A stretch of 64,000 nt of DNA from Eubacteriales bacterium (lineage in GTDB: Bacteria; Bacillota; Clostridia; Lachnospirales; Lachnospiraceae), in the NCBI GenBank assembly GCA_030539395.1, contig JAUNSC010000012.1:10390-74389 (forward strand), in the 5' to 3' direction. Positions 25,303 to 34,849 of this stretch are shown in pieces; the stretch's first letter is position 1, and each line of letters starts with the position of its first letter. Position numbers and translations under genes: made by a program. Below the pieces are notes generated by a model. It searched no databases and had not been told where the DNA came from. It saw only the letters and a program-made list of their open reading frames with translations.

Positions 25303-27639
25303 TTAACGTTTAATACCTCTTCCAAGCTTACGCATATTTCTTTTGATTATTTCAGGTAAATACCCTATGATCTTTCTAACTTTATACCCCATTGTCCGTT
25401 TTAAAGTCTCTATTTCTGTTTTAAGCTGTTCATTTTGATTCTCAAGCTGCACAATTGTATTTTCGAGAGTTTTTATCTTCAATCCGCGCTCTGATTTTTC
25501 CGTATAAGCAATCTGCAATTTACGATTAATCTCTGATTTTTCCCCATAAGTAACCTGCAATTTTTTATTCAGTTCTGACTTTTCTGCATAAGCAGTCTGC
25601 AATTTACGGTTAAGTTCTGATTTTTCTGCATAAGTCTGTTGTAGCAGCTGCCTGTAATCCTTCCATCTTTGTATCGAATCAGAAGGCTCCACAACATACA
25701 GGTTAAATAATAACTGCAAATACGGCTCCATTCCCCAGAAACTGCACTTTTCTGACAAAGATAAATCCATATATTTATTTCTTGCATTATGAAGCACTCT
25801 ATAAATAAGAGTATTCACAGCATCTCCAACTGCTTCCGTAAACAGGCACCGCTCTGCAAATTTGTTCATTTGCAGAAATGAAATGAAATATCCATAAACA
25901 TGAGCAAATGATACCTGCGCCGTCATAGTTGACTGCTCCCGTACTCTTCTGTGGAATAAAATCTCATGAACATAGCCTGCTCTATCTGTATTTAGCATAC
26001 AGCAAAATGTATAAATATTATCTTCATGATAAATACCCTCGTAAAAGAACAGATTCCTGTCCATAAAATATGACCGCTTTGTCATCTGCAGGCACGGTGA
26101 TACACGGTATTCGCCATGCTGCACAAATGAGCACAGCAACTCTTCTCCACGGCATATTTCCGGATAAGTATATTCTCGTTGATAATACTTTTTGTACGTT
26201 CCTTCCACTTCATTGGATTTATCCGGCCCGGAGAAACTGCTCCCATCAAAAAAAATAACATCCAGTTCATTCTTCTTTACTTTGCTATACAGCAGCTCCA
26301 GAGCATTTGTTTCTAATATATCATCGCTGTCCATAAAATACAGATATTCACCGTTTGCATGCCTTATACCTTCATTTCTGGCCGCAGATTGCCCGCGATT
26401 TTCTTGTACATATATGGCAATACGTTGATCATTTTGAGCATAGCGCATTAATATATCCCCAGAAGTATCCGCAGAGCCATCATTAACACAAATAATTTCT
26501 ATTTGTCGCAATGTCTGATTTACGATACTATCAAGGCACTCTTCCAGATAAAGCTCCACATTGTATACAGGAATAACAACAGAAACAAGAGGCTTTTCTG
26601 TGACAATGCTTTTCTTTAAACATTCAGCCTTTCCCTCATTTTCTGCGAGGTATTTTCTCATACGATTCTGCCATTTTAAAGCATATAATGCCCCCTCCAC
26701 TTTTTCTTTCCTGTTCAATGAATTGTAGAACTCATCCGAGTGATCAAATATATTAGTCTGTAAAAATTCTTCACTTCCAATTGCACCACACAACCCTATT
26801 TTATCAACCGGCCGCTCAACCTTTGTAAGCTCCGATTCCAAAGCAGCTAAAGCCATCTCCGTCCAATTCTTTTCAACTTCTTCAAATATTCCACGCGATG
26901 ACAGTTCTTTATAAACCGCTGTAAGCCACCACACACAATTTTGTGGGTTTTCACCAACTAAATTATCGCGGAATCCGGTGCGGTGGTATACTAAATCCTC
27001 ATCCACATATGTGATTCTCCCTGCAACACACATGGAAACCAGACTAATATATATATCATTGGCATGTTGAAATAGAGGAATTTCCAATTTTTCCCCAAAC
27101 AGAAAATCCCGGCGAAAAAGTTTTAACCACAAATCCGGCGATGAAATACTCATTATGTCATTTGGAATATCTTTTCTTGAAAAAACCATTTTATCCGGTA
27201 ATAATTCCCGGCGAAAATATCCAGGAGCATCTATCGCCTCATCTGTATCAGTGCCGTAATCCCTGGCCCCAAACAATACAATGTCTGCATGTTCCCCGGC
27301 ACCGGCCTCATACGTTTTTTTCAACAATTCCGGATGGAAAACATCGGATGAATTCAAGAATATAACATATTCACCGCAAGACTCTTTTAAGAGACTGCTC
27401 ACATCATCTTCCCCATACCGATCCTTTTTTTCTATTTTTTTTATAATAGAATACCGCTCTGCATACTCACTCAAAATCGCAGAAGAATTATCTGTTGATC
27501 CTCCATCAACACATAGAATTTCAACTTTGTCCAAAGTTTGATTTAACAAACTTTCCAAACATTCAGGAAGATACTTTTCTACATTATAAACCGATAAAAC
27601 AACCGTCACCTTCGATAATGCCATATTCCTTTTCCTCAT
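25303..27639 (-). CDS. Tandem GT2 glycosyltransferase (first domain degenerate) with a C-terminal repeat coiled-coil and amphipathic tail
   Basis: 778 aa. Domain 1 is VTVVLSVYNVEKYLPECLESLLNQT..VDGGSTDNS but has FLNSSDVF in place of D-x-D. Domain 2 is VSVVIPVYNVELYLEECLDSIVNQT..VNDGSADTS..ENRGQSAARNEG..FMDSDD. Four 14-aa repeats follow. The better SD-supported start is ATG 27624 (MALSKV). Confidence 0.8.
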   Translation of the reverse strand: MRKRNMALSKVTVVLSVYNVEKYLPECLESLLNQTLDKVEILCVDGGSTDNSSAILSEYAERYSIIKKIEKKDRYGEDDVSSLLKESCGEYVIFLNSSDVFHPELLKKTYEAGAGEHADIVLFGARDYGTDTDEAIDAPGYFRRELLPDKMVFSRKDIPNDIMSISSPDLWLKLFRRDFLFGEKLEIPLFQHANDIYISLVSMCVAGRITYVDEDLVYHRTGFRDNLVGENPQNCVWWLTAVYKELSSRGIFEEVEKNWTEMALAALESELTKVERPVDKIGLCGAIGSEEFLQTNIFDHSDEFYNSLNRKEKVEGALYALKWQNRMRKYLAENEGKAECLKKSIVTEKPLVSVVIPVYNVELYLEECLDSIVNQTLRQIEIICVNDGSADTSGDILMRYAQNDQRIAIYVQENRGQSAARNEGIRHANGEYLYFMDSDDILETNALELLYSKVKKNELDVIFFDGSSFSGPDKSNEVEGTYKKYYQREYTYPEICRGEELLCSFVQHGEYRVSPCLQMTKRSYFMDRNLFFYEGIYHEDNIYTFCCMLNTDRAGYVHEILFHRRVREQSTMTAQVSFAHVYGYFISFLQMNKFAERCLFTEAVGDAVNTLIYRVLHNARNKYMDLSLSEKCSFWGMEPYLQLLFNLYVVEPSDSIQRWKDYRQLLQQTYAEKSELNRKLQTAYAEKSELNKKLQVTYGEKSEINRKLQIAYTEKSERGLKIKTLENTIVQLENQNEQLKTEIETLKRTMGYKVRKIIGYLPEIIKRNMRKLGRGIKR
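25477..25644 (-). repeat. In-frame 42-bp x4 tandem repeat encoding LQxxYxEKSExNxK heptad repeats
   Basis: The protein repeats are LQQTYAEKSELNRK, LQTAYAEKSELNKK, LQVTYGEKSEINRK and LQIAYTEKSERGLK. The DNA copies are visibly near-identical (ctgatttttc[ct]gcataag...tctgcaatttacg). Confidence 0.9.
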
Positions 27640-27652
27640 TATTAGACATAAA

Positions 27653-30550
27653 CTATTGTATCTTTTTCAAATTTTTCACAAACTTATGGGTTATCTTCTC
27701 AATTTTGATCAAATGATTATCTTCTAACTGACTCAACGGTGAATTTTGATTCACCAGCGCAATTACTTTTGTATCAGCCGACAGATAATCCGCCAGTTTT
27801 GACGGAAGATAAGGGTTCAAATTGCCCTCAAACTGCACATCATTCAAATAACAGTAGTCCATTCTGTTTGCCAAATTTAAGACCTCAAGATGAGAAACCA
27901 TATCATGTACATACAGGTTTTCATGCTGCAGCATAAGTTTATCCAGCAATTCATTTTTCTTCGTAAAAATATGCAAATCAATATCAGAATTGTTCAAAAA
28001 CAACAGCAGCTCATCATAATTTCTGTTTTTATAAAACGTCCCAAAATATGCCACATTCACTTTTTCCGGGTTTAATACCATATCGGAAGTTATAATATCA
28101 GCATAATCCGACGGAATTACAGGATGATTCCAAACCAGGCTTTTCGGAAGAAGGCTGTCAGCACACAAATCCTCATTTTTCTCAAGCATATAAGTTCGCT
28201 GATTCTGATTTGTAAAGATAATTGCATCAGCTCTATCACATACCAGTGTTTCAATGTCCTTCCAAAAAGTATTCAGAAAGGCAAGTTCTCCTTCATATTG
28301 CCTTGATGCCGGCCGTACCTGATTATCTACACCCATATAGATTGGATCAGAAAATTCAGCAATCCAGTATGTTTCAGGATGTTTCTTTTTGTATAACAGA
28401 GCCGCAACATGAGATCCAATCCACATACTTCTTGAATAGATATAATCCACGTCCCGTTCCTGTATGCTTTCATAAGCCCTGTGTCCCCATTTATACTGCA
28501 CCTCTTCATTAAAGTATGTGGGGCCTTCGAGCGTAATTTTCTCACTATATTGAATTCGGGCAAAAAACCTGTCCCACTTAGAATCCTGCCTGCTCTGTTT
28601 TGACATATCCGCATTAACAACCGTCCAGTTTATTATATCTCCAATCCACGCTGAAATCTGCCCAAGCCTTTTTGAGGCCACATACGCCGATGCATCCACA
28701 TATGGGGCAAAATTGTGACAAAAAGCTATACCCTTTTTTTTCCCAAATAATGATTTATTCAAAAACCTGCAATCACTCGCTAAAATCTGTGTGCGCGCCC
28801 TCTCTTTTTCTCTTTGATCATCTATGCTATCAAAAAAGTTTTTCATTCCTTTTGTCATAGCGTGTATCTTGGAAATAACAAATTCCTTATATTGAATATC
28901 CCGGTTTTTCTCATACAAGGCACTGGAAAACCTTTTAATCAGCATAATACGATCCGTGATATTAAATTCGTATCTGCGTTCTTCATCCGGACGGCTTCTA
29001 CTTTCCTCCGTCAGCCTTCTCAAATATGCTTCTCCGCTGTTGCCATAGCAGGTTGCTATTTTACCGGTCACTTTATATATATTATCTACCCAAAAGGCCA
29101 CGTCCTCCGTATGGTTCAGTGATTCATCAAAATCCCCCGCCACATTCTTTATAAAATCTGTCTTATACAATTTGCAGCACACCGTAGAAAACAGAGCGCC
29201 AATCGACAAATAGTTCTCCTGGATTCCAAATCCGGCTTCCATGATTGTTCTATTAATATAGGTATCTGCTTCTTCTTTTCCGTTAATATCCACATCTGTC
29301 ATACATCCGCATACAATTGACACATCTTCATATGCATAGGATGTCAATTCTTTCAAAAATCCCTTCGAAAACCGATCATCATCATCAAGATATGCAACAT
29401 ATTCTGTATGAAGATATTTTCTGGCAAAATTTCTTGCTCTTCCAGCCCCCTTTTTACGAGTATGAATCACACGGATTTCTGTATTATTCTTATATTTCTT
29501 TTTCAGACTCTCTGCGTATGCCAGATCATCGCCGTTTACTGACAAAATAATTTCAATCTTCTCTTTCGGATAATCCTGATTCAACACAGATTCTATACAT
29601 TCGTCAATATAATTATTCTGTCTATACGTTGGAATCACAATTGTTACAGATGGCTCAAAAAACTGTTTTTCCGGTGTTTCGCTCACAGAATCTCCCCTGA
29701 ACGCTTTTACCTGATAAGTATAGCGTTCAGATATATTATCCTGCACCACATCTTCATACAAAGTGCTCTCTTCGCCTCTGAGAACAGCAATTCTCTCGTA
29801 TTTCCCTGTACCTTTTTTTCTATAAACATTATACCCATTCGCTCCCGGTGTTTTTTCCCACTCCAAGCCCAGAATATCTCCTCTGGATTTGATGGAAATA
29901 ATAACAGGGGTAGAAAGGCAAATAATACTTTTTTCCTGCTCAGCACTCACAGACGCACCTTTAAAAGCCTTAATTTTATATATATATTTCTTTCCGCTGA
30001 CTGCAGTCTCGTCGGTGTAAGCGGTTCTCCAGGCCCCCTTAAGCACCTCAATCGTCTGATATCTGCCATTCGGCATCTTCCGGTAAACATTATATCCGTT
30101 GGTCTTTGGGGTCTGTTTCCATTTTAAAACCACACCTTCACTTGTATTATACAGTTCCTCTATAACAGGCGCTGACAATCTAATAATCGCATTTTCCTTT
30201 GATTCCTCTGCAACACAATCAGCTCCCGGTTTATACTTCACAAGATTTTTCAGGGAATAAAAACATTCCTCCCAAAAACCCACCATCATATTTTTATAAG
30301 CCTTAACTTCATATACATATTTCAGGCCGCTTTCCGCCGATGAATCAATATAGGAGCAAATGTCACTTCCCCGCAAAACTGCTATCCGTTCCAGGTTGCT
30401 GGTCACCTCTCGCCGATATATGACATATTTTTTAACATCCGGAGAGGGTTTCCACTTTAGAACCACACCTTCCGCACCGTTACTCAACTCCAAAATGACA
30501 GACTGCCCCAATATCTCTATTTCAGAATTCAACGTTATCTCCCTCCGCAA
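27653..30550 (-). CDS. Giant cytoplasmic multidomain glycosyltransferase: 3x FN3-like repeats + GT2 (GT-A) + C-terminal GT-B-like domain
   Basis: 965 aa with no signal peptide or TM seen. The three ~95-aa repeats are VVLKWKPSPDVKKYVIYRRE..YVYEVKAYK, VVLKWKQTPKTNGYNVYRKM..YIYKIKAFK and LGLEWEKTPGANGYNVYRKK..YTYQVKAFR. The GT2 domain reads VTIVIPTYRQNNYIDECIESVLNQDY..YLDDDD. The C-terminal ~370 aa end in a GT-B-like PSKLADYLSADTKVIAL motif; that assignment is tentative. Confidence 0.7.
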   Translation of the reverse strand: MRREITLNSEIEILGQSVILELSNGAEGVVLKWKPSPDVKKYVIYRREVTSNLERIAVLRGSDICSYIDSSAESGLKYVYEVKAYKNMMVGFWEECFYSLKNLVKYKPGADCVAEESKENAIIRLSAPVIEELYNTSEGVVLKWKQTPKTNGYNVYRKMPNGRYQTIEVLKGAWRTAYTDETAVSGKKYIYKIKAFKGASVSAEQEKSIICLSTPVIISIKSRGDILGLEWEKTPGANGYNVYRKKGTGKYERIAVLRGEESTLYEDVVQDNISERYTYQVKAFRGDSVSETPEKQFFEPSVTIVIPTYRQNNYIDECIESVLNQDYPKEKIEIILSVNGDDLAYAESLKKKYKNNTEIRVIHTRKKGAGRARNFARKYLHTEYVAYLDDDDRFSKGFLKELTSYAYEDVSIVCGCMTDVDINGKEEADTYINRTIMEAGFGIQENYLSIGALFSTVCCKLYKTDFIKNVAGDFDESLNHTEDVAFWVDNIYKVTGKIATCYGNSGEAYLRRLTEESRSRPDEERRYEFNITDRIMLIKRFSSALYEKNRDIQYKEFVISKIHAMTKGMKNFFDSIDDQREKERARTQILASDCRFLNKSLFGKKKGIAFCHNFAPYVDASAYVASKRLGQISAWIGDIINWTVVNADMSKQSRQDSKWDRFFARIQYSEKITLEGPTYFNEEVQYKWGHRAYESIQERDVDYIYSRSMWIGSHVAALLYKKKHPETYWIAEFSDPIYMGVDNQVRPASRQYEGELAFLNTFWKDIETLVCDRADAIIFTNQNQRTYMLEKNEDLCADSLLPKSLVWNHPVIPSDYADIITSDMVLNPEKVNVAYFGTFYKNRNYDELLLFLNNSDIDLHIFTKKNELLDKLMLQHENLYVHDMVSHLEVLNLANRMDYCYLNDVQFEGNLNPYLPSKLADYLSADTKVIALVNQNSPLSQLEDNHLIKIEKITHKFVKNLKKIQ

Positions 30551-30566
30551 TTATGGATATATTAAT

Positions 30567-31664
30567 TTATTTTCCTTTTTCAATTATATCTGCAATTCTT
30601 TTTGCTGCCAATCCGTCTCCATACGGGTTAGCCGCATGGCTCATTGCTTCATAGGCATTCCGATCCGATAACAATTCTTCAAATGCATTGTATATCGTAT
30701 CCTCATTGGTTCCCACCAGGCGCAATGTGCCAGCTTCTATTCCTTCCGGTCGTTCAGTGGTATCTCTCATAACTAAAACCGGTTTTCCAAGAGATGGTGC
30801 CTCTTCCTGAATTCCACCGCTATCCGTCAAAATAATATATGCATGTGCAAGAAAGTTATGAAAATCCAGTACATCCAACGGCTCAATAATACGAATGCGG
30901 TCATGATTTCCCAATTCTTCTTCACAAATTGCACGAACAACCGGATTCATATGAATCGGATAAATGACCTTCACATCCGGATGAATGTCTACAATTCTGC
31001 GGATTGCCCTAAACATATGATGCATTGGTTCACCCAGATTTTCCCGACGATGTGCTGTAAGTATCACAAGCCGACTATCTCTTGCCCACTCCAGTACAGG
31101 ATGTTGATAATCCGAACGCACTGTTGTTTTAAGTGCATCTATTGCCGTATTACCGGTAACATAAATACTCGACTCATCACGTCCTTCTTCAAGAAGATTT
31201 TTCCTTGAAAGCTGTGTTGGAGCAAAATTATACTTTGATATAATACTGACCGCCTGACGGTTAAATTCCTCCGGCCACGGCGAATATATATTATGCGTTC
31301 GCAGTCCTGCTTCAACATGCCCTATCGGAATTTGAAGATAAAAACATGCAAGTGCTGTCGCAAATGTCGTAGATGTATCCCCGTGCACCAAGACCACATC
31401 CGGACGCACGTCCTCCAGCACTTCTTTAATCTTTAAGAGAATATTCGAAGTAATTTCGAAAAGAGACTGCTTTTCTTTCATGATATTCAAATCATAATCT
31501 GGCTCAACCCCAAAACATTCCAGTACCTGATCCAACATCTGACGATGCTGTCCTGTCACACATACAACCGTATCGATTGCCGGACGTTTTTCTAATTCTT
31601 TAATCACCGGACACATTTTTATCGCTTCCGGGCGTGTACCAAAAACCAGCATAACTTTTTTCAT
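30567..31664 (-). CDS. wecB: UDP-N-acetylglucosamine 2-epimerase (non-hydrolysing)
   Basis: 365 aa; VFGTRPEAIKMCPV, VLVHGDTSTTFA, HVEAGLRT and LTDSGGIQEEAPSLGKPVLVMR are classic WecB/MnaA motifs. Confidence 0.92.
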   Translation of the reverse strand: MKKVMLVFGTRPEAIKMCPVIKELEKRPAIDTVVCVTGQHRQMLDQVLECFGVEPDYDLNIMKEKQSLFEITSNILLKIKEVLEDVRPDVVLVHGDTSTTFATALACFYLQIPIGHVEAGLRTHNIYSPWPEEFNRQAVSIISKYNFAPTQLSRKNLLEEGRDESSIYVTGNTAIDALKTTVRSDYQHPVLEWARDSRLVILTAHRRENLGEPMHHMFRAIRRIVDIHPDVKVIYPIHMNPVVRAICEEELGNHDRIRIIEPLDVLDFHNFLAHAYIILTDSGGIQEEAPSLGKPVLVMRDTTERPEGIEAGTLRLVGTNEDTIYNAFEELLSDRNAYEAMSHAANPYGDGLAAKRIADIIEKGK

Positions 31665-31682
31665 AATCTATATCCAACCTTT

Positions 31683-32891
31683 TTATAATGTATAAGAGTC
31701 TTTGCAAATACAACGTGTATCAAGGACAATCTTTCCTTGCAATCTGTCAAGTTGCTCTTTTAACTGTGTATGACCAACTAAAACAACTACCATATCTACC
31801 TGGTTCAGAAAATCATTGAAATCATGTACTTGATTTTCTACTATATTTTTTTCAATCATAGGATCGTATACGACTGGTTGGAATATCCCATGCTTTTTCA
31901 TGACATCCAATAACTGCAATGTCGGGCTTTCTCTTACATCATCCACATCTTCTTTATAAGTCAAACCATAAAGTCCTACTTTACCAAAATCTATAATATC
32001 ATGTTCCTTCATGATTGTTTCGATTCTCTCCAAAACAAATTCCGGCATCTGTGAATTTACCATTCGTGCCTGATAAATCAGCTTCGCAAGTTCCGGATAA
32101 TCCCCTACTAAAAACCACGGATCAACTGAGATACAATGTCCTCCAACCCCCGGACCCGGCTGCAAAATATTCACACGCGGATGTTTATTCGCAATCCTGA
32201 TGACTTCATATACATCCATTCCATTTTGACGACAAATTTTTGCCAACTCATTCGCATAAGCAATATTAATATCACGAAATGTATTTTCTACGACCTTTGA
32301 CATTTCTGCAGTCCTGATATCCGTAAGGACAATTTCACCTTTGCAAAAAGATGAATACACTTCTTTTACCTTTTCTCCAACAACTGCTTCATCACTTCCG
32401 ATTGTCCTGGAATTATGAACCAATTCATACATCATATTTCCCGGAATAATCCTTTCCGGTGCATGTGCGAGATAAACTTTTCTCCGTGCTTTCTCCACAA
32501 CAGGGCGGACTTCCCTGTCAATCGTTCCAGGGGCAATCGTTGATTCAACTACAATAATAGCTCCATCTTTACAGCACTTCAGTACAGATTCTACTGCTCT
32601 TACCACATATGTGGCATCAACCTTTTTTGTTGCTTCAATATATGGTGTCGGCACTGCAATAACATAAAAATCATGAGCCGGATAATCATTTCGAAAATTT
32701 ATTCCGCCATCAACTGCCTGTTTAAACAGTTCTTCCAGCCCCACCTCTTCAAAAGTCACTTTTCCATTCTGCAACCTTGAAATAATTTCCTTATTATAAT
32801 CCACTGCATCTACTTTTACTCCGTGCGCAGCCATCATAAGTGCGGTTGGCAACCCGATATACCCCAACCCGATAATACATGCTTCCATCAT
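31683..32891 (-). CDS. wecC: UDP-N-acetyl-D-mannosamine dehydrogenase (nucleotide-sugar dehydrogenase family)
   Basis: 402 aa; IIGLGYIGLPTALMMA, the catalytic-Cys region GPGVGGHCISVDPWF, and its position next to wecB. Confidence 0.85.
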   Translation of the reverse strand: MMEACIIGLGYIGLPTALMMAAHGVKVDAVDYNKEIISRLQNGKVTFEEVGLEELFKQAVDGGINFRNDYPAHDFYVIAVPTPYIEATKKVDATYVVRAVESVLKCCKDGAIIVVESTIAPGTIDREVRPVVEKARRKVYLAHAPERIIPGNMMYELVHNSRTIGSDEAVVGEKVKEVYSSFCKGEIVLTDIRTAEMSKVVENTFRDINIAYANELAKICRQNGMDVYEVIRIANKHPRVNILQPGPGVGGHCISVDPWFLVGDYPELAKLIYQARMVNSQMPEFVLERIETIMKEHDIIDFGKVGLYGLTYKEDVDDVRESPTLQLLDVMKKHGIFQPVVYDPMIEKNIVENQVHDFNDFLNQVDMVVVLVGHTQLKEQLDRLQGKIVLDTRCICKDSYTL

Positions 32892-32959
32892 TTGCCTCCT
32901 AATGCTTTTATATATTGGGAACCCGTCTGTCCCTGCTTTGTAATAATTCTGTATCTTTC

Positions 32960-33883
32960 TCAGTATTCAATCTCTTTCAAATATCTCTGAAGCGCATCCT
33001 GCCATGTCGGCAGAAGCTTAAATCCGTTTTCTGTGAGTTTGCTCTTATCCAGTCTGCTGTTAAACGGCCTCGCCGCTTTTGACAGCCCATACTCCTTTGT
33101 TGTCACCGGAATCACCTTTGTTTCCGTATATCCTGCCTGTTTAAAAATTTCACGGGCAAACTCATACCATGAAATATAGCCGCCTTCATTCGTAGCATGA
33201 TAATAGCCATATTTGTCTGTTTCAATCATATCTACCAAAAGACTGGCAAGATCATAGGTGTAAGTAGGAGTTCCAATCTGATCGTTTACAACACGGATTT
33301 CCTTATATTTTTTTCCAAGATTTAACATAGTCTTGATAAAATTCTTTCCGTTTACACCGAATACCCATGCAATACGGACAATAAAATATTTATCCAGATT
33401 GTTGCTGACAGCTAATTCTCCTTCCAGTTTTGTCTGACCATATACATTCAGCGGCTTGTAATCCCTGCAATCCGGCTGCCACGGTTCTTCTCCCTGCCCG
33501 TCAAATACGTAATCCGTAGAGAGATACACCATTGGAATATCCAGCTCTTTGCATACCTGTGCAATATTCTCTGTTCCTCCTGCGTTGACCCGGCGGACAA
33601 GTTCCACTTTTTCATCCTCTTCTGCCATATCAACCGCTGTCCATGCCGCACAGTGGACCACAACATCCGGCGCAGCTTCTTTTATGACTTTTTCCACAGC
33701 GGCACTGTCAGTTATATCCAGCGAAACATATGGCATTTTCGTAACTGCCGTGCCATCCTGCACTCCGGAGTATCCCGGTGCGATATCTGATCCCACGCCC
33801 TGATATCCTCTCTTATCCAGTTCATTCATCACATCATGGCCCAACTGACCTGCGACTCCCGTTACAAATGCTTTCATTTCCAA
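32960..33883 (-). CDS. rfbD: dTDP-4-dehydrorhamnose reductase
   Basis: 307 aa; MKAFVTGVAGQLG, VVHCAAWTAVD, STDYVFDG and YGQTKLEGE (Y-x3-K). It lies 10.4 kb from rfbBAC. Confidence 0.92.
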   Translation of the reverse strand: MEMKAFVTGVAGQLGHDVMNELDKRGYQGVGSDIAPGYSGVQDGTAVTKMPYVSLDITDSAAVEKVIKEAAPDVVVHCAAWTAVDMAEEDEKVELVRRVNAGGTENIAQVCKELDIPMVYLSTDYVFDGQGEEPWQPDCRDYKPLNVYGQTKLEGELAVSNNLDKYFIVRIAWVFGVNGKNFIKTMLNLGKKYKEIRVVNDQIGTPTYTYDLASLLVDMIETDKYGYYHATNEGGYISWYEFAREIFKQAGYTETKVIPVTTKEYGLSKAARPFNSRLDKSKLTENGFKLLPTWQDALQRYLKEIEY

Positions 33884-33893
33884 TCTCCTTGTA

Positions 33894-34826
33894 CTATTCT
33901 TCTACTTTACTCTCAATCTTTTTTGAAATAAGATATCTGGGCCGCCCCTTTACTTCCTCATATATTTTAGAGATGTAGTAACCAATCACGCCCAGACTGA
34001 TCATTATCATACTTCCAATAAACAAAATCAGCAATATCACTGTGGTAAATCCTTCTACCGCATGTCCCAGAAAATACTTCACAAGAGTCTGTACTCCAAG
34101 TATGACTGCCATAAAAAAAACAAGTATTCCTGCAAATGTTACAATTTGCATAGGCATGGAAGAAAAAGATACAATATTAGTTAAAGCATATTGTATCAAT
34201 GATCTGGTGGACCACTTAGATTCTCCTTCCGTGCGTTCCTGCACATCAAATTCCACAGACGTACTCCGAAATCCAATCCATGCTGACATTGCTCTGAAAA
34301 AAGAATTCCTCTCGGGCATTTCCAGAAGGGCATCCACAGCTCCTCTGTCCAAAAGCTTAAAATCAGATGCATGAGTCATATCAATCTTCGATGCTTTGGA
34401 AATCATTTTATAGAACGTTCCTGCACATATGCTATGCAAAGTGCTCTCTTTTCCCCGGCTTCTTTTAATTCCTTCTATGACCTCATATCCCTGCTCCCAC
34501 AGTCTGTACATTTCCACCAGTGTTTCCGGAGGATGCTGAAGATCACAATCCATAACGGCACAGCATTCCCCTTTTGCATTTGCAAGGCCCGCCATCATCG
34601 CCGATTCCTTACCAAAATTTCTGGAAAAATGCACTCCCGATATGTGTGGATCTTCCTTTGCCGTCTTTTCTATCTGCTCCCATGTCCTGTCTTTAGAGCC
34701 ATCATCCACAAACACAATTTCATATGTGATCTGCGCATTGTCCAAAATTTCCCCGATGGTATACGCCGCTTTGGAAATCATTTTTTCTTCATTATATGCA
34801 GGCACGACCACCGACAATAAACTCAT
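33894..34826 (-). CDS. Polyprenol-phosphate hexosyltransferase, GtrB/CsbB/GacI-like GT2 with two C-terminal TM helices
   Basis: 310 aa; LSVVVPAYNEE, VFVDDGSKDRT, FSRNFGKESAMMAGL and MDCDLQHPP, followed by two hydrophobic helices near the C-terminus. This is the typical Und-P-sugar synthase architecture. Confidence 0.85.
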   Translation of the reverse strand: MSLLSVVVPAYNEEKMISKAAYTIGEILDNAQITYEIVFVDDGSKDRTWEQIEKTAKEDPHISGVHFSRNFGKESAMMAGLANAKGECCAVMDCDLQHPPETLVEMYRLWEQGYEVIEGIKRSRGKESTLHSICAGTFYKMISKASKIDMTHASDFKLLDRGAVDALLEMPERNSFFRAMSAWIGFRSTSVEFDVQERTEGESKWSTRSLIQYALTNIVSFSSMPMQIVTFAGILVFFMAVILGVQTLVKYFLGHAVEGFTTVILLILFIGSMIMISLGVIGYYISKIYEEVKGRPRYLISKKIESKVEE

Positions 34827-34849
34827 ATTATCTGCTTCCTTTCAAAAAC

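Noticed and set aside
25477-25644. A regular 42-bp repeat array that might look like a CRISPR or minisatellite
   Set aside because: The repeats are contiguous with no spacers, are in frame inside a long CDS, and encode a heptad-repeat peptide. No cas genes are present in the window.
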